Translations under genes and position numbers: made by a program
The notes under the pieces: model-generated
The model's database searches: none
Told to the model about the DNA's origin: nothing
What the model saw: the letters and a program-made list of their open reading frames with translations, nothing else
Assembly (NCBI GenBank): GCA_036867785.1
Contig: CP145424.1
Span: 620,001 to 684,000 of the forward strand
Origin: Plasmodiophora brassicae
Taxonomy: Eukaryota
Direction of reading: 5' to 3'
Length of the DNA stretch: 64,000 nucleotides
In this document: in pieces, positions 36,790 to 47,743 of the stretch
Numbering within the stretch: position 1 is the stretch's first letter
How the letters are laid out: each line of letters opens with the position of its first letter

Positions 36790-37064
36790 CGACGATGGCA
36801 GCGAGTAAAAATGCCACCTGGGCAACAATGGAGATCGAATGAAGTGTACCTATGCCGATCTGCTTAACAGCAGGGGACAGAGAAGGCACCTGATCATGAA
36901 ACCGAGAGTGCGGGAGAGCTGTTGTCTGGAAAGGCGCAGCGTGCACCATCGTACACCTGTCGAACAGCCCTCTCGAGTAGGTGCCCATCTATGCCTTAGC
37001 GCCGCACCACCGATCATTTCGCGGTTGGGATCGACTGTGCCTCACATGACGTACCTAAGCGAGT

Positions 37065-37821
37065 TTATGTTTCAGGCTCTGCTGTCCTCATTGATATTGC
37101 TGTTTGTCCCGTTTCCGTTGATGTTGTTGTTGCTGCTGTTTTTCGTTTCTTCCTCTCCCGAAGCATGGCCTTTCTTTGCTCGATGTCATGCTGCCGCTTC
37201 GCCTGCATGTCCTCGAATCGTTTTCTAGCGGTATCCGTCTCCGCCTCGATCTCCCGCACCATCTGCTTCTCCACATGCGTCAGCGTCTTCCTGAACTGGT
37301 CCAAGACCGACGGTGCCGAATGGGATGCCTCCGGTTCGTTAGGTTCTTGTCCGGCAGGGACGAACCCGGCATCCGCAATCCACGATTTCCTTTCGAAATC
37401 GACGAGCAACCCGTTGTCGTCATTGCCGTCTGGCTGGCCTGCAGCAGCTAGCCTTTGGTACAGTGCCACCTTGTCGTGCATTTTCTTGACACGTTCTTCT
37501 GCCTCTAGCGCTTCCTAGCGGGTTATTTAGGAAAACGACCGGAACGATACGCGCGTGTACCCCATTCACCTGCTGTGCTGCCTTCGAATCGCGTTCGGCG
37601 GTTTTAGCGCTGACGACGGACACCGGTTTGGCTTTGCGACGATGGTCGGCGGTGCCGCCAACCTTCAACTCCTCCTCGGCGGCGTACAGCGTCGCCTTCA
37701 GATTGACGACCGATGCCTGGTCGACCTTGATGGAACGCGCCTGCCGGGGCTGGACGGCCGACTCCGTCAGCCATCCCATCGACCCAACCGACCGCGGTGC
37801 TTCGCCGCCCGAGCTCGCCAT
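37065..37821 (-). CDS. CCDC174/DUF4078-like coiled-coil protein (one intron)
   Basis: SMGWLTESAVQPR...ASVVNLKATLYAAEE, KVALYQRL...LLVDFERK and a charged coiled-coil C-terminus. Confidence 0.65.
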
Positions 37822-39084
37822 CGCGCCGTCGGAATGACGCTGTCCCAACGGAGAGCCGCGCAACGGAACGTCCGTAGGCAGGCGAATGACATCACCGCTG
37901 CCTGCATTCCGTTCACACTGCGTTTCAGCGGTGTACTGTCCTAGCAGTGGTGACCTGATTGCACACCGGGCAGGCACTTGCTCAAGGTAAGGTACTGGAC
38001 GTATCAATTTGGCCATACTTTGCCTGGATGATTCTTCCACCGTCACTGGCGGATGCGTTGTCAACACGTGTCTGCTCTCGGATGTGATACTATTCAACCT
38101 GCTGTCGATAGTCGTGCTCGGGAGGATGGAGTCCTGTCAGACATATATCAAGTTCCCGACGGACGTTCCCGCGACCTGGAGCGTTGGGGTTACGGCCGAG
38201 ATAAACTATTGCTCCGTCGGTCCTGGATTGGATTTGAAAGCGTGCAACGGTCTCCCGGTGCTTTACTATGGACTCTTCCGACGACTGCGACGGGTGGCAC
38301 CCAAATGGTGTCATGCAGTAGTCATGTGGCATCGACCTTTGGCGGAGCGAGCCATGACGCCCGGAACTGCCCAGTTCTGCAGTCGTAATCACAGACCCTT
38401 GACACACATGGCATGACGTGACGAGCGGTTACCACCTGCCCTGCGTCTCGTGTACGATACTCTAGCCGACATTGGTGAGGTCGGGCAGCGCGCTGTACCA
38501 AAACTCTAGCTCCTCGCTTGGCTCCGTTGATGATCACCAGCGGACGTCGTACACGATAAGCCCACGGGTTGGTATTGTAAACATGCGGACTGAGAGGTGG
38601 CAGCCCATAGATGGACGAAGACAATCATCAACACGCCAGATCAGCGTCATTGGCGGTATCAGGCAGTGAATTTGCGACGATATTCGCCAGGTTCTGCACT
38701 TCGTTTCATTCTGAGAGCTTGTCGTCCAGAGTGTCAGGGTTCTTGGAGCAAGGCCAGTCAAATTCGCCACCCATTCTGGCCTACGTTGTTCCGATGGCAC
38801 ACTGCGTTCTGCACCAAGTTTCTTCAGTTCCTTTGTATCTCTCGTAACTACTGGTTTCGCGCGCGTCAGTCATCGACCGTAGTCGAATGGAAGTGCTGCG
38901 GTTTTACCGGGACGCTGCTGATGATGACCAATAGGCAATAGAGCATGATTCTTTGGCGCGACGTGGATGATCCCAAACAGCCCATTTGGCACCATTGGTG
39001 ATATCTGCCTGTGTGTTTCCGTTTGCACAGCCGAGGCTGGGACCAGTTTCCCCGTCTTCCGGCCAGCGTCAGTCGTATCGCACG

Positions 39085-39723
39085 TATAGATCTGTTAGTT
39101 ATTTTGGCGTTATATAACGGGCGTTATATAACGCGTTATATAACGTTATGTCACAGAGGCGTTATATAACGCGTTATATTCCATTTATAACGAATAACAG
39201 TGTACCGGTCATGTTTCACACCCATCCTGATTCTACGACCACTTCCTCGGTATCAGAGTCGCTGTAGATCACGTGGTCGTCAATTTCGTTTGGATTCACT
39301 ACGCGGTCGACCTCGCGATCACAGGCATCTACAAATTCGAAGTCGTCGACAGGATCAATCACGTCGTCATCTTCGCATCCACCGGCAGCAGATTCCACAG
39401 AGATTCTGTCCAGGAGTGGAAACTGATGAGGTGCTTGAGGAGTCCGTCTATCGGGCGTGCGTCCGGGACCTTTCGCTTCAGTTGGGACGAATTGAAACAC
39501 ACTGCAGTCTGGCGTTCAATATTCGCGTCTCCAGGTCTGTTTCGAGATGTCAATGCGAGTCCGCCGGATTTCCACGGCCTCTCCGCGCAGACCGGGCTGT
39601 CCGGGGCGGTCTCCAAGCGTCTCCAAAAAGGGCGTTATATAACCGTTATATAACCGTTATATAACGTTACATAACGTTATATAACGCCCACCCCCCCGCC
39701 AAGCGTTATATAACAGATCTATA
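39085..39723. mobile_element. Non-autonomous hAT-like DNA transposon (639 bp)
   Basis: Perfect 13-bp TIRs tatagatctgtta / taacagatctata; 8-bp TSD atcgcacg (39077-39084, 39724-39731); clustered palindromic cgttatataacg subterminal repeats at both ends. Confidence 0.9.
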
Positions 39724-39775
39724 ATCGCACGTCGTGCTGATGACATAATCCGTGTCGACAAACCCTGTCCTTCTC

Positions 39776-40033
39776 TGGAGCTGGAAGGCGCGTAAAGCGC
39801 GCGCAAGCGCACGCTCGACGGCGACGTCAACGACTGGCAAAGTCGGTGGGGTCGATGAAAGCAGGAGGAGGTCGCATTGGAGTTGGGCACTTGGCTTCGT
39901 CATCAACCGAGCCCGTCGAGCTGGAGCGCGCGCGTGCGTGCCATCAGATACGATCGGAAATAATTCACACAAACAGGGACGAAACAGACCGCCGGCCGGA
40001 ACAAGAACAATGAAGCGGAACGAGACAAGCAGA
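39776..40033 (-). repeat. Dispersed repeat, diverged inverted copy of 53432-53695
   Basis: Both copies read ELFPIVSD..HA...RLMTKP.AQLQC...LPVVD.AERALA.ALRAFQL. Confidence 0.75.
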
Positions 40034-40891
40034 CGATGCGGCGATGAGACGGTTAAAATGTCAGGAGAGGAACCGACGAGAGGCGACGACTATCTCCACA
40101 ACACGGATTAACCGTCTGGCGAGGCCGACCGTTGCCGTGAACGTGGATTCCAAACTGCGCGACCCACTTAACAACCGTGTCAGAACACCGCCGTATCTGT
40201 TCGCTAACTGTCATGCACCTCTAACATTGGATCGGACGCGTAACCATTTTTCAACGATCGCATTGGGCGCTATCGAAGGACTGTCGTCGCATCCATTGCT
40301 CTACGGGTCGTTCGAGTTTGAGCGGCAGTACTGAGGGCGTGGCAACATAGGGTTGTGGGGGGGCTGCTTTATGGGATTGCCGACTTCGATGCAGGAGCCA
40401 TACGTAGATTCGGCCGCTGCCTACCTGCGATACCACTCTCTACGCCCAACAAATTCAAGATGCCATCAGATCTCCGCTCTCGTGAATGGCGCCTTCGCGG
40501 GGAGGTCATCGCTGCGAGGATTGCATGCAACGTTAAATGAAAACGATATCGGTTATCAGATCGTATCTCTCGAGAGTGCACATTCCGGGGTTGTCCTGCT
40601 GGTGAGCATGTTATGTGTCCTTGTGCCCTGCGGCACAGGAGCCGTGTTTCAAAGCACCGCCCAACAGACCAAGTTGGAATCCACTATCCGGCCCGACATC
40701 TATCGCACCGGCATTTCGAGCGTGGAACCAAATCGCGAACCCAATACCATCGGGTTTCGCATTCCTAAACACACCAATCGCCGCGGGCTGGTCAGCCCAG
40801 CGTCGCAGACGTCGTCGTCGTCGCGAAACTCGCCGTTTTATTCACAACGGTCATAGATCATAATCTGGCGATTATCGGGCGAGAAAGGTCA

Positions 40892-41828
40892 TCATTGCTC
40901 ACTGCGAGTAGTTTGTGGCTTCAACTCCACGTAGACGAGGGCGGCATCGTCGACCGATCCACCGGTCATGTTCCTCAGGATTGCAACCTTCTCGGACGGG
41001 TCAGCGGATTCCACGTGCTGGACCGATTTCCATAATGGCACGCCGTCCGTTGCCAATATGAAACTCAGGGTGCCGTCAACCAGCGCCGATACGATCGAGT
41101 CCGGTTCTCGACGGAACAGATCTGATGTCATTAAGCGAAACGGTCCCGGGAAAGGCACGAAGTCTCGCCAGGTATCTCGATGATCCTTCGTCAGCGAGCA
41201 CAGCATCTTAACATCGGGATCGTTTGGGTCGAAATCCCCCTTGTGGTACTTCACCATTGCGTTGACAACATCCATATCACAGTGATAATCGCCAATGGAC
41301 CCGTACATCCTCAGACCCGTGATCCCAACACGATTATCTCGTCCTGCAGTCGCTTTACGCTCGTATGATGAACACCCGGCCAGATCACCATACAGCATGT
41401 TCGCCTTGTTGAACTCCTCCTCAACGTCCCACGGCAGCGTGTCCATACTTTGAGGTACCGAGGAAACGTATCCCGTTGACGTGTGAATCAGGCCCAGGCT
41501 ATCGCCAATGGCCGCGATGTGAACGTGACGATCAGTGACTACGGCCATTGTAGCAGTCGTTCCTCCTGCATCGCGGACGTCCATCCCATGACCCTCGATA
41601 GCCTGTCGCTTGACGATATGGTGGACCTCGCGGGGTAGACCTTTCAAGATGACGGGCAGATCAGTATCGTGGTGCTCGGCAATGGATTTCGCCAGGACGT
41701 ATGGCGTGTAGTGCGCTGCGAGCCGAGCAATCTTGTGGGTCACATGCCCATCGTAGACAGCAAACCAGGTCACCTTGCCGAATCGCGTACGAATCTGCGA
41801 TGCAACATCGTTCCAGTAGGAATCATCA
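40892..41828 (-). pseudogene. 5'-truncated near-identical duplicate of PP2C-like copy 1 (copy 3)
   Basis: Matches copy 1 from DDSYWNDVAS to the stop; DGHG changed to DGHV; lacks the N-terminus; ~200 bp of 3' flank is also shared (40700-40891 vs 20453-20649). Confidence 0.8.
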
Positions 41829-42969
41829 GCGGGCGCCCGCAAAGGCATCGGTGCTCCGGCCAAGGCAGCTAGGTAGTGATGCCAAGGGCGTTGCGCAACG
41901 GGCTCGACGACTGCAAAAGCATGAAGCTTTTCCAGCCACAGGAATAGGAGCGAATTTCCGGACGCTGATCTGCGTCTGACCCACTGATCAGTTCTAATAG
42001 CACTCCTCCGAGCCCTTTCCCTGCAGATATCGATATCGCGGTGACGGGCTCGCTTGCGCTGCCTGTCTGTGCCTGCTTGCAGAGTGTATGCACTGCGTCT
42101 TCATCTGTAAGCTGCGTATTGTTACTGACGACGCTGGTGTTTGTTCATGTTTACCCAGGGTCACGTACAGAATGCCAACGAACAGCTGCGGCAGGCTATC
42201 GACGAGGTATTGGATATGACGAATGAGGCCGCTTTCCGACATATAGGTACCGATGCTGCTGACTCCACGCGGAATGATTCAACAGGCGATGAGGCCGACG
42301 CCGACAACGACGGTGAATTTAATGACAATGAAGACGCTGCCGAGATGGGCGGAGAGCGTTTTGATGCCGGTTGTGCACATGTCGGAGCTAAGGCGTGGGT
42401 CGGTCAGACTGAGATAAAAGATTCGCATGGCAATACAGTTGCGCAATTGACAGTCGACCGCTGCCGAGAGGAGTACCTGTGCATTCGTGATGGTCGTATC
42501 AGAAGGTCTCCACCCGGTTTCCGTGTCTGCCCTGCGTAATAACGGCCTTGGAAAGAGCAGGACGGCAGCTAACGGACTGTCCGAAGTCCTGGAAGGACCG
42601 TCGTATCAACAGGTGTACTCTCCGCCAGGTGCTGTTGCTCCCTGTGTTCCTTGTATCCCAAGAGCGATAATCGTTGATTCCGCTGGACATGCATGTGGAT
42701 GTGTAAGTAACGCGATTGCCTCCGCTATGGTCATCGAGCATGTTAACCGTGTTTCCGCAGACAGTAACTCTGTGGCAGCGGTTGCTTTGGTACGATGCTG
42801 TCCAAATATGACCAATCGCGTTTGTTAACGTGCTAATTGATTTGATATGCTTTTAGGCTACCCACCTTTGCTTGTTCACCCAGCCCTAGCACGGCGTGTC
42901 GAGGCACCTTCGATCCAGGACGCCGGGTCAGCCGATCGGGATGTTTGTTTTTTGGCTGATTGATGAGCG

Positions 42970-44532
42970 ATGGCATCGGCGCATGACGAGCTGGCGCGAT
43001 GTCAGCGGGTCCAGCAGGCTCTCTGCGACATGTTCCCGGCCGTCGATGTAGGGTAGGTGGTCTCGTTGTCTGCTGGTATTAACTCAAAGGCGTCTGTCAG
43101 GTGTCTGTGATCCGTGATCATATCGCTCAGCACGGCCCGGATATTGGCGTCATTACCGATGCGCTCCTCGGACGCATCGATGACGGCAGCCCGACGGATA
43201 ACGCTGACGGGGTGGCGGAGCACAAGGACGTTGAAACGAACGCTGTCGATGTTGACACGGGCCCGGACCATGCTGAGCGCACGTCGGCAGTGTTGATCGA
43301 TATGTTCCCCGACTTCGATGCGAACCGCCTGTGTCGAATCAGTGAATGCGTCAATGGCGATCTGGAGCAGGCCGTCGAGTTCGCGCTGGAAGTGTCCCAG
43401 GACGATTATGCATCGTGCACGGTTCGTGTAGGCGGTTCATCACGCCGTGTTTGCTGAGAGGAGTTACAGGAAGACGTACTTCTGCTGTCGTCGATGTTCC
43501 CTTTGCATCCTCTGGTCGTGCTTCGCGAGGCGTTGAACGAGCGCGATGGGTCAATTGATGCGACAAGTCAGTGAGACCACAATCATTTCGTCGTTGGTCC
43601 ATCCCGTCATTGGGCGTTGTGACAGTTGCAGATTTGATCGCCGATTATGCTGATGCGGATGCAATCCAACTCTCGAAACTCAGCATGGTACGGCGTCGCG
43701 CTTCGCTGCCCAGCGTGGCTTATTCTGACGAGTTTTCGCAAGGCCGGCCACTTGAAGCTTCAAGCGCTGAAGAGACTCTTCCCTGGCGCCGACGAAGGAA
43801 CGATTCGTCTGACGTTGCAGGTGAAGGACTTCAAGTGGGATGCAACGCGTGCTGCCCTTGCCGAGGTCTTCCCGATCGTACTTCAACCGGAGGCCCGCCC
43901 GCCTGCTCGGGTGTCAACCAGCGATGTCCACCCCGAGGACAGCGAGGGCCCCAGGATGTTTCCGTCGGCTACTAGTGCCCTTCTGGACAAAATGTACGAA
44001 GGCATTGAGATCAAGTTTGACGTGTCTGCGGATGAGCGCGCGATTGGTACTCTGGTCACGCAACGAGACAACATTCGGCATCGCGCTCGCGATTCGTACC
44101 ACAAGGGTCAGCGCGTGCATGGGCAGATGCTGTCGGAGCGGGCAAAGGATATTGATAACGAGGTCAGGATCATCCAGGATCGACTCATGTTGGCGACTTT
44201 CCAGGTACGCATCTTTGTGATTATCGAACCGGCTTCGAGTCTGACGTGGCTCATCCCAGTCGAATAATTCTGAGCTGTCCACTATGACGAAGGTCGACAT
44301 GCACGGGATCCGAGTAGCAGACGCTCGGCGACTGATTGGGGATTGCATTCGCCGGATCAAGAGAGCATACCCGAACGAGCGACGTTGCCTGAAAGTGATT
44401 GTCGGCAGGGGGCGGCACAGTGCAACCACGTTCGAACCCGTGCTGCGTCCTGCGATTGTGTCCTACCTGAACTATCTCCGGGTCAAGCACCAGACTGACG
44501 ACGCATCAATACTTGTGTTTATTTACCACTGA
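42970..44532 (+). CDS. CUE-domain + Smr endonuclease (Cue2/N4BP2-like), multi-exon
   Basis: Several CUE-like motifs (LCDMFP, LIDMFPD...GDLEQAVE, LKRLFP), DUF1771-like helix (ARDSYHKG) and Smr domain VDMHG...LKVIVGRGRHS...LRPAIVSYL. Confidence 0.8.
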
Positions 44533-44761
44533 CCCGTCCGCCTGCGTTTACGGGACGGGGAGCCCCCACAGTTGAGTCAGATATCGGTGGCTCAGTGTGA
44601 GTCAGCAGGAGGCGAGTCGACACCCGGGTCGGCGTGATTCAACAGCGACTCAGCTTTCACCACTAGCCCCGTCGTCGTGCGTCCCACGTCACACATAATT
44701 TCGTCGAACTGTTATTACCACATCCCGGGTCGTGTCCTAACCTAGTGTCCCAGCTATCATC

Positions 44762-45661
44762 ATGCTCGCCCGCCTGTCCATCGTCGTCATGCTCCTGGCC
44801 GTCGCCACCGCCGAAACCGACATCTACATCTGCGTGAACGGCGTCACCCTCCTGATCGACGTTAACAACATTGAAGCGTTCCCCGGGTACACCATAGGGC
44901 AGTGCCCCACCACCGCTCCGGTGACGACGGCTCCCATGGAGACTGCAGCTCCCACTCCCGCACCGTCCACGCCGGCCGCTGCTCCCATGATGACGGCTCC
45001 GGCGGTTGCGAACGCCACCTCGTCCGCGTCGGCGGCTCCCTCGACAATGGCTTCTACCGGTACGAACGCCACAACGACGGCGGCTCCCATGACGACAGCT
45101 CCGATGGGCGTGAATGCCACGACAGCACCGACGGCGAACGTCACGACAGCACCGACGGCGAACGCCACGACTTCGCCAGCGGCGTCGATTGCGACCATGG
45201 CGCCGTCCGCTCCTGCTGCGATAACCGTTGCGCCGATGAGTGCGAGCACCAACAGTGGTGCGCCGACGAGTGCACCGAGAAAGCGCTGGGAGCACCAGCA
45301 GCACGCGTGGAAGGGGACGGGAACGTTCAACAGGGGAGCGATGAAGGCTGTTGAGCGGAACGGCACAATGACGCCGCCGCCAGACGCGGCGATGAACCCG
45401 GCGTCGCGCGTCCTCATGTTCCTCCAATGGTTCTCGCCGGTCTCCGTCTATGAAAACCCGCAGACCGTCATCATGTTCTTCCCGATGAAGCGCCACAATG
45501 GTGGCAGGCACGCGAACCACCACGATGTGAAGATGGGCAGGACCGCGCGTCGTATTGCCGACATGATGATGTCGGACGGCAACATGACGGTCGGCAATGG
45601 CCTCCTCGGCAACAGCAGCGCCAACCTGCCGGACGAGACACCCACCATGCGTATCAACTAA
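44762..45661 (+). CDS. Secreted Thr/Ala/Pro-rich mucin-like protein
   Basis: Signal peptide MLARLSIVVMLLAVATA, short two-Cys domain (ICVNGVT...GYTIGQC), TTAP/NATT repeats with N-glycosylation sequons. Confidence 0.75.
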   Translation: MLARLSIVVMLLAVATAETDIYICVNGVTLLIDVNNIEAFPGYTIGQCPTTAPVTTAPMETAAPTPAPSTPAAAPMMTAPAVANATSSASAAPSTMASTGTNATTTAAPMTTAPMGVNATTAPTANVTTAPTANATTSPAASIATMAPSAPAAITVAPMSASTNSGAPTSAPRKRWEHQQHAWKGTGTFNRGAMKAVERNGTMTPPPDAAMNPASRVLMFLQWFSPVSVYENPQTVIMFFPMKRHNGGRHANHHDVKMGRTARRIADMMMSDGNMTVGNGLLGNSSANLPDETPTMRIN

Positions 45662-45793
45662 ACCTAGTCATCGTTGCCAGTCGCCCGTCGCGCGCAAGCG
45701 GTCATATGGCCAGCGTGTTCAATACAGACTAGGATCGACCCGGAGGGTACCCGCTTGGCGAATTGGGACGCGGAAGCGGCGCGCTCGCCTCGC

Positions 45794-47724
45794 ATGGGGT
45801 GCTGCTCCTCCAAGAAGCCCAATAGGAACGCCGTCGACATCAGCCATTTCGTGAAGCTGCGGGCAATCGGCAAAGGTACCTGCGGTGCTATCGTGTCGTC
45901 ATCATCACTGGGACCGACCTCGTCCGCAGGCGGGTTCGGCTTGGTACATGTCGTCAAGGTTGGCCGTACACCGTCGCCCAGCAATTGCACCTGACCCGCG
46001 TTCGTCAGAAACTGACACCACCGCAAGCGGAGAACGACCTGTTTGCGATGAAGACCATGGCCAAACAGACGCTGCTCCAGTCCGAATGGCACCTGAGCGT
46101 CGCCTGGCTGGAGCGGAACGTCCTACGAATCGTACAGTCGCCGTTCTTACCAAAACTGCACTGGGCGTTCCAGGACAGAGCGCGTTTGTACCTGGTCATG
46201 GACTTCCTGCCAGGCGGAGACCTTGGTCGGTGCTGGTCCTCCTCGACTGGAGACTCTGCCGCTGACGCACATGATCAGGGTTCTATGTCGACAAGCATCA
46301 TGGGCTGCCCGAGGAGAGCATCGTGTTCTACATTGCGGAGATCGCGTTGGGAATTCAGGTACGCCGATGCTGACTGGTAGCGCATGCTCGTCGCGAAGTG
46401 ACCTGAACCATGCAGGCGTTGCACGACCAGTACATAGTCCATCACGTCAGAAGCCCCGAATCGCGCGCGACTCGCTAATTTGACTAAGTCGCTTTCTGCT
46501 CCGGTCAGGATATCAAACCCAGCAACATCCTGCTTGACTCCAGCGGCCACGCCCGCATTACGTAAGCGATCTGCGTTGAGCGTTGCTGCCACCAGTCGCC
46601 ACCTGATGCCGTCGACAGCGACTTTGGACTAGCGACAATACTGGACGCTGAATCCGGCTTCAGAAGTAGGTGGGCAGCTGGCCCGTGTGGAACGATTGCC
46701 CTGAACGTCCCCGTAGCTCGGCTGGCAGGAGGGACGCCTGGGTTCATGCCGCCTGAATCCATCATGGGCAAGTTCCATGGTAACCAGCAGGCATGACGTT
46801 CGTTGCGTTACAGGGGCTGACGCATACGCGTTCGTGTTCAGTGTTCGAACCGGACTTCTTCGCGCTGGGCTCCACAATCTACTACTGTTACAAGCAGCGC
46901 GCCCCGTTCGTCTCCAACGAACAGATGATGGAGCAGAAAGCCATACCGCACTCGTGGCGCCTGATCCCGGACGTCGCCAGGAACCTCATCGAGAGGCTCC
47001 TCAAGTTCGACATGAACGAACGCCTGACGGACTGGGACGAGGTACGTCCGCACCCCGCGCCCCGTCCCGATGTGCGATTGAGACCGGCGGCCAGTTCGAG
47101 CGCCACGAGTTCTTCCGGACGATCGACTGGGACCAGATGAGAAAGGTCGCACAGCGGCCCGTTTGCCAGCGCACTGTACCGACTGAACCGGTTGCTGGCA
47201 GTGCTCCGGGAAAGGGCCGATCAACATCGAGACCACCGCTAGAAACTTCCCGGTACGAACCGTGGTTACCGGGGGTCACCTCTCTGTGAACTTATACCTG
47301 TTTTGGGTGCAGATGGAAGTCTGCGCCGTAGGGGGGGCCCATCTGCAGAATCGCTGATTGCTGAAGGCTGACGCTTGCTGGGTTGCAGCTGGACGCGCTG
47401 GTACCGGACGAGGCGAAACCGATCAAGGACCAGACCGTGTTCGACGGGTTCGAGTACGACGAGGACAAAGGGGACGCCTCGGCCATGAGGGAGGCCCCAG
47501 GCAGGATCGCCGAGTTCGCTGCGCGCCTGTCGGTGGAGAGGTCGGGCGGCGGCGCCAGCAAGTCGGTCGGGCCGATCAGCGCGTCGCGTTCGCTACCGCC
47601 AAGGAGGCCTCGGGCCGCCCAGACGGTCGGCTTTGATCGGGTAGCCGTCACCGTCCTGCCCGCGCCGACGGCAGGCGACAACGACACCCAGATCCATCCC
47701 GTTTTAGTCCAGCCAAAGGCATAA
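45794..47724 (+). CDS. AGC/STK32(YANK)-like Ser/Thr kinase A, N-myristoylation motif, non-RD (multi-exon)
   Basis: MGCCSS, HFVKLRAIGKG(GFG), FAMKTM, LYLVMDFLPGGDL, IVHH|DIKPSN, DFGL, GTPGFMPPE. Confidence 0.85.
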
Positions 47725-47743
47725 CAATTAACCACACAGATGT

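Noticed and set aside
38000-39080. Several short ORFs upstream of the hAT-like element
   Set aside because: No coherent gene model or domain recognised.
41870-42830. Acidic ORF 42141-42539 and a possible Helitron end near 41829-41873
   Set aside because: No recognisable domain; hairpin-to-CTAG spacing and the flanking base do not fit a Helitron 3' end.
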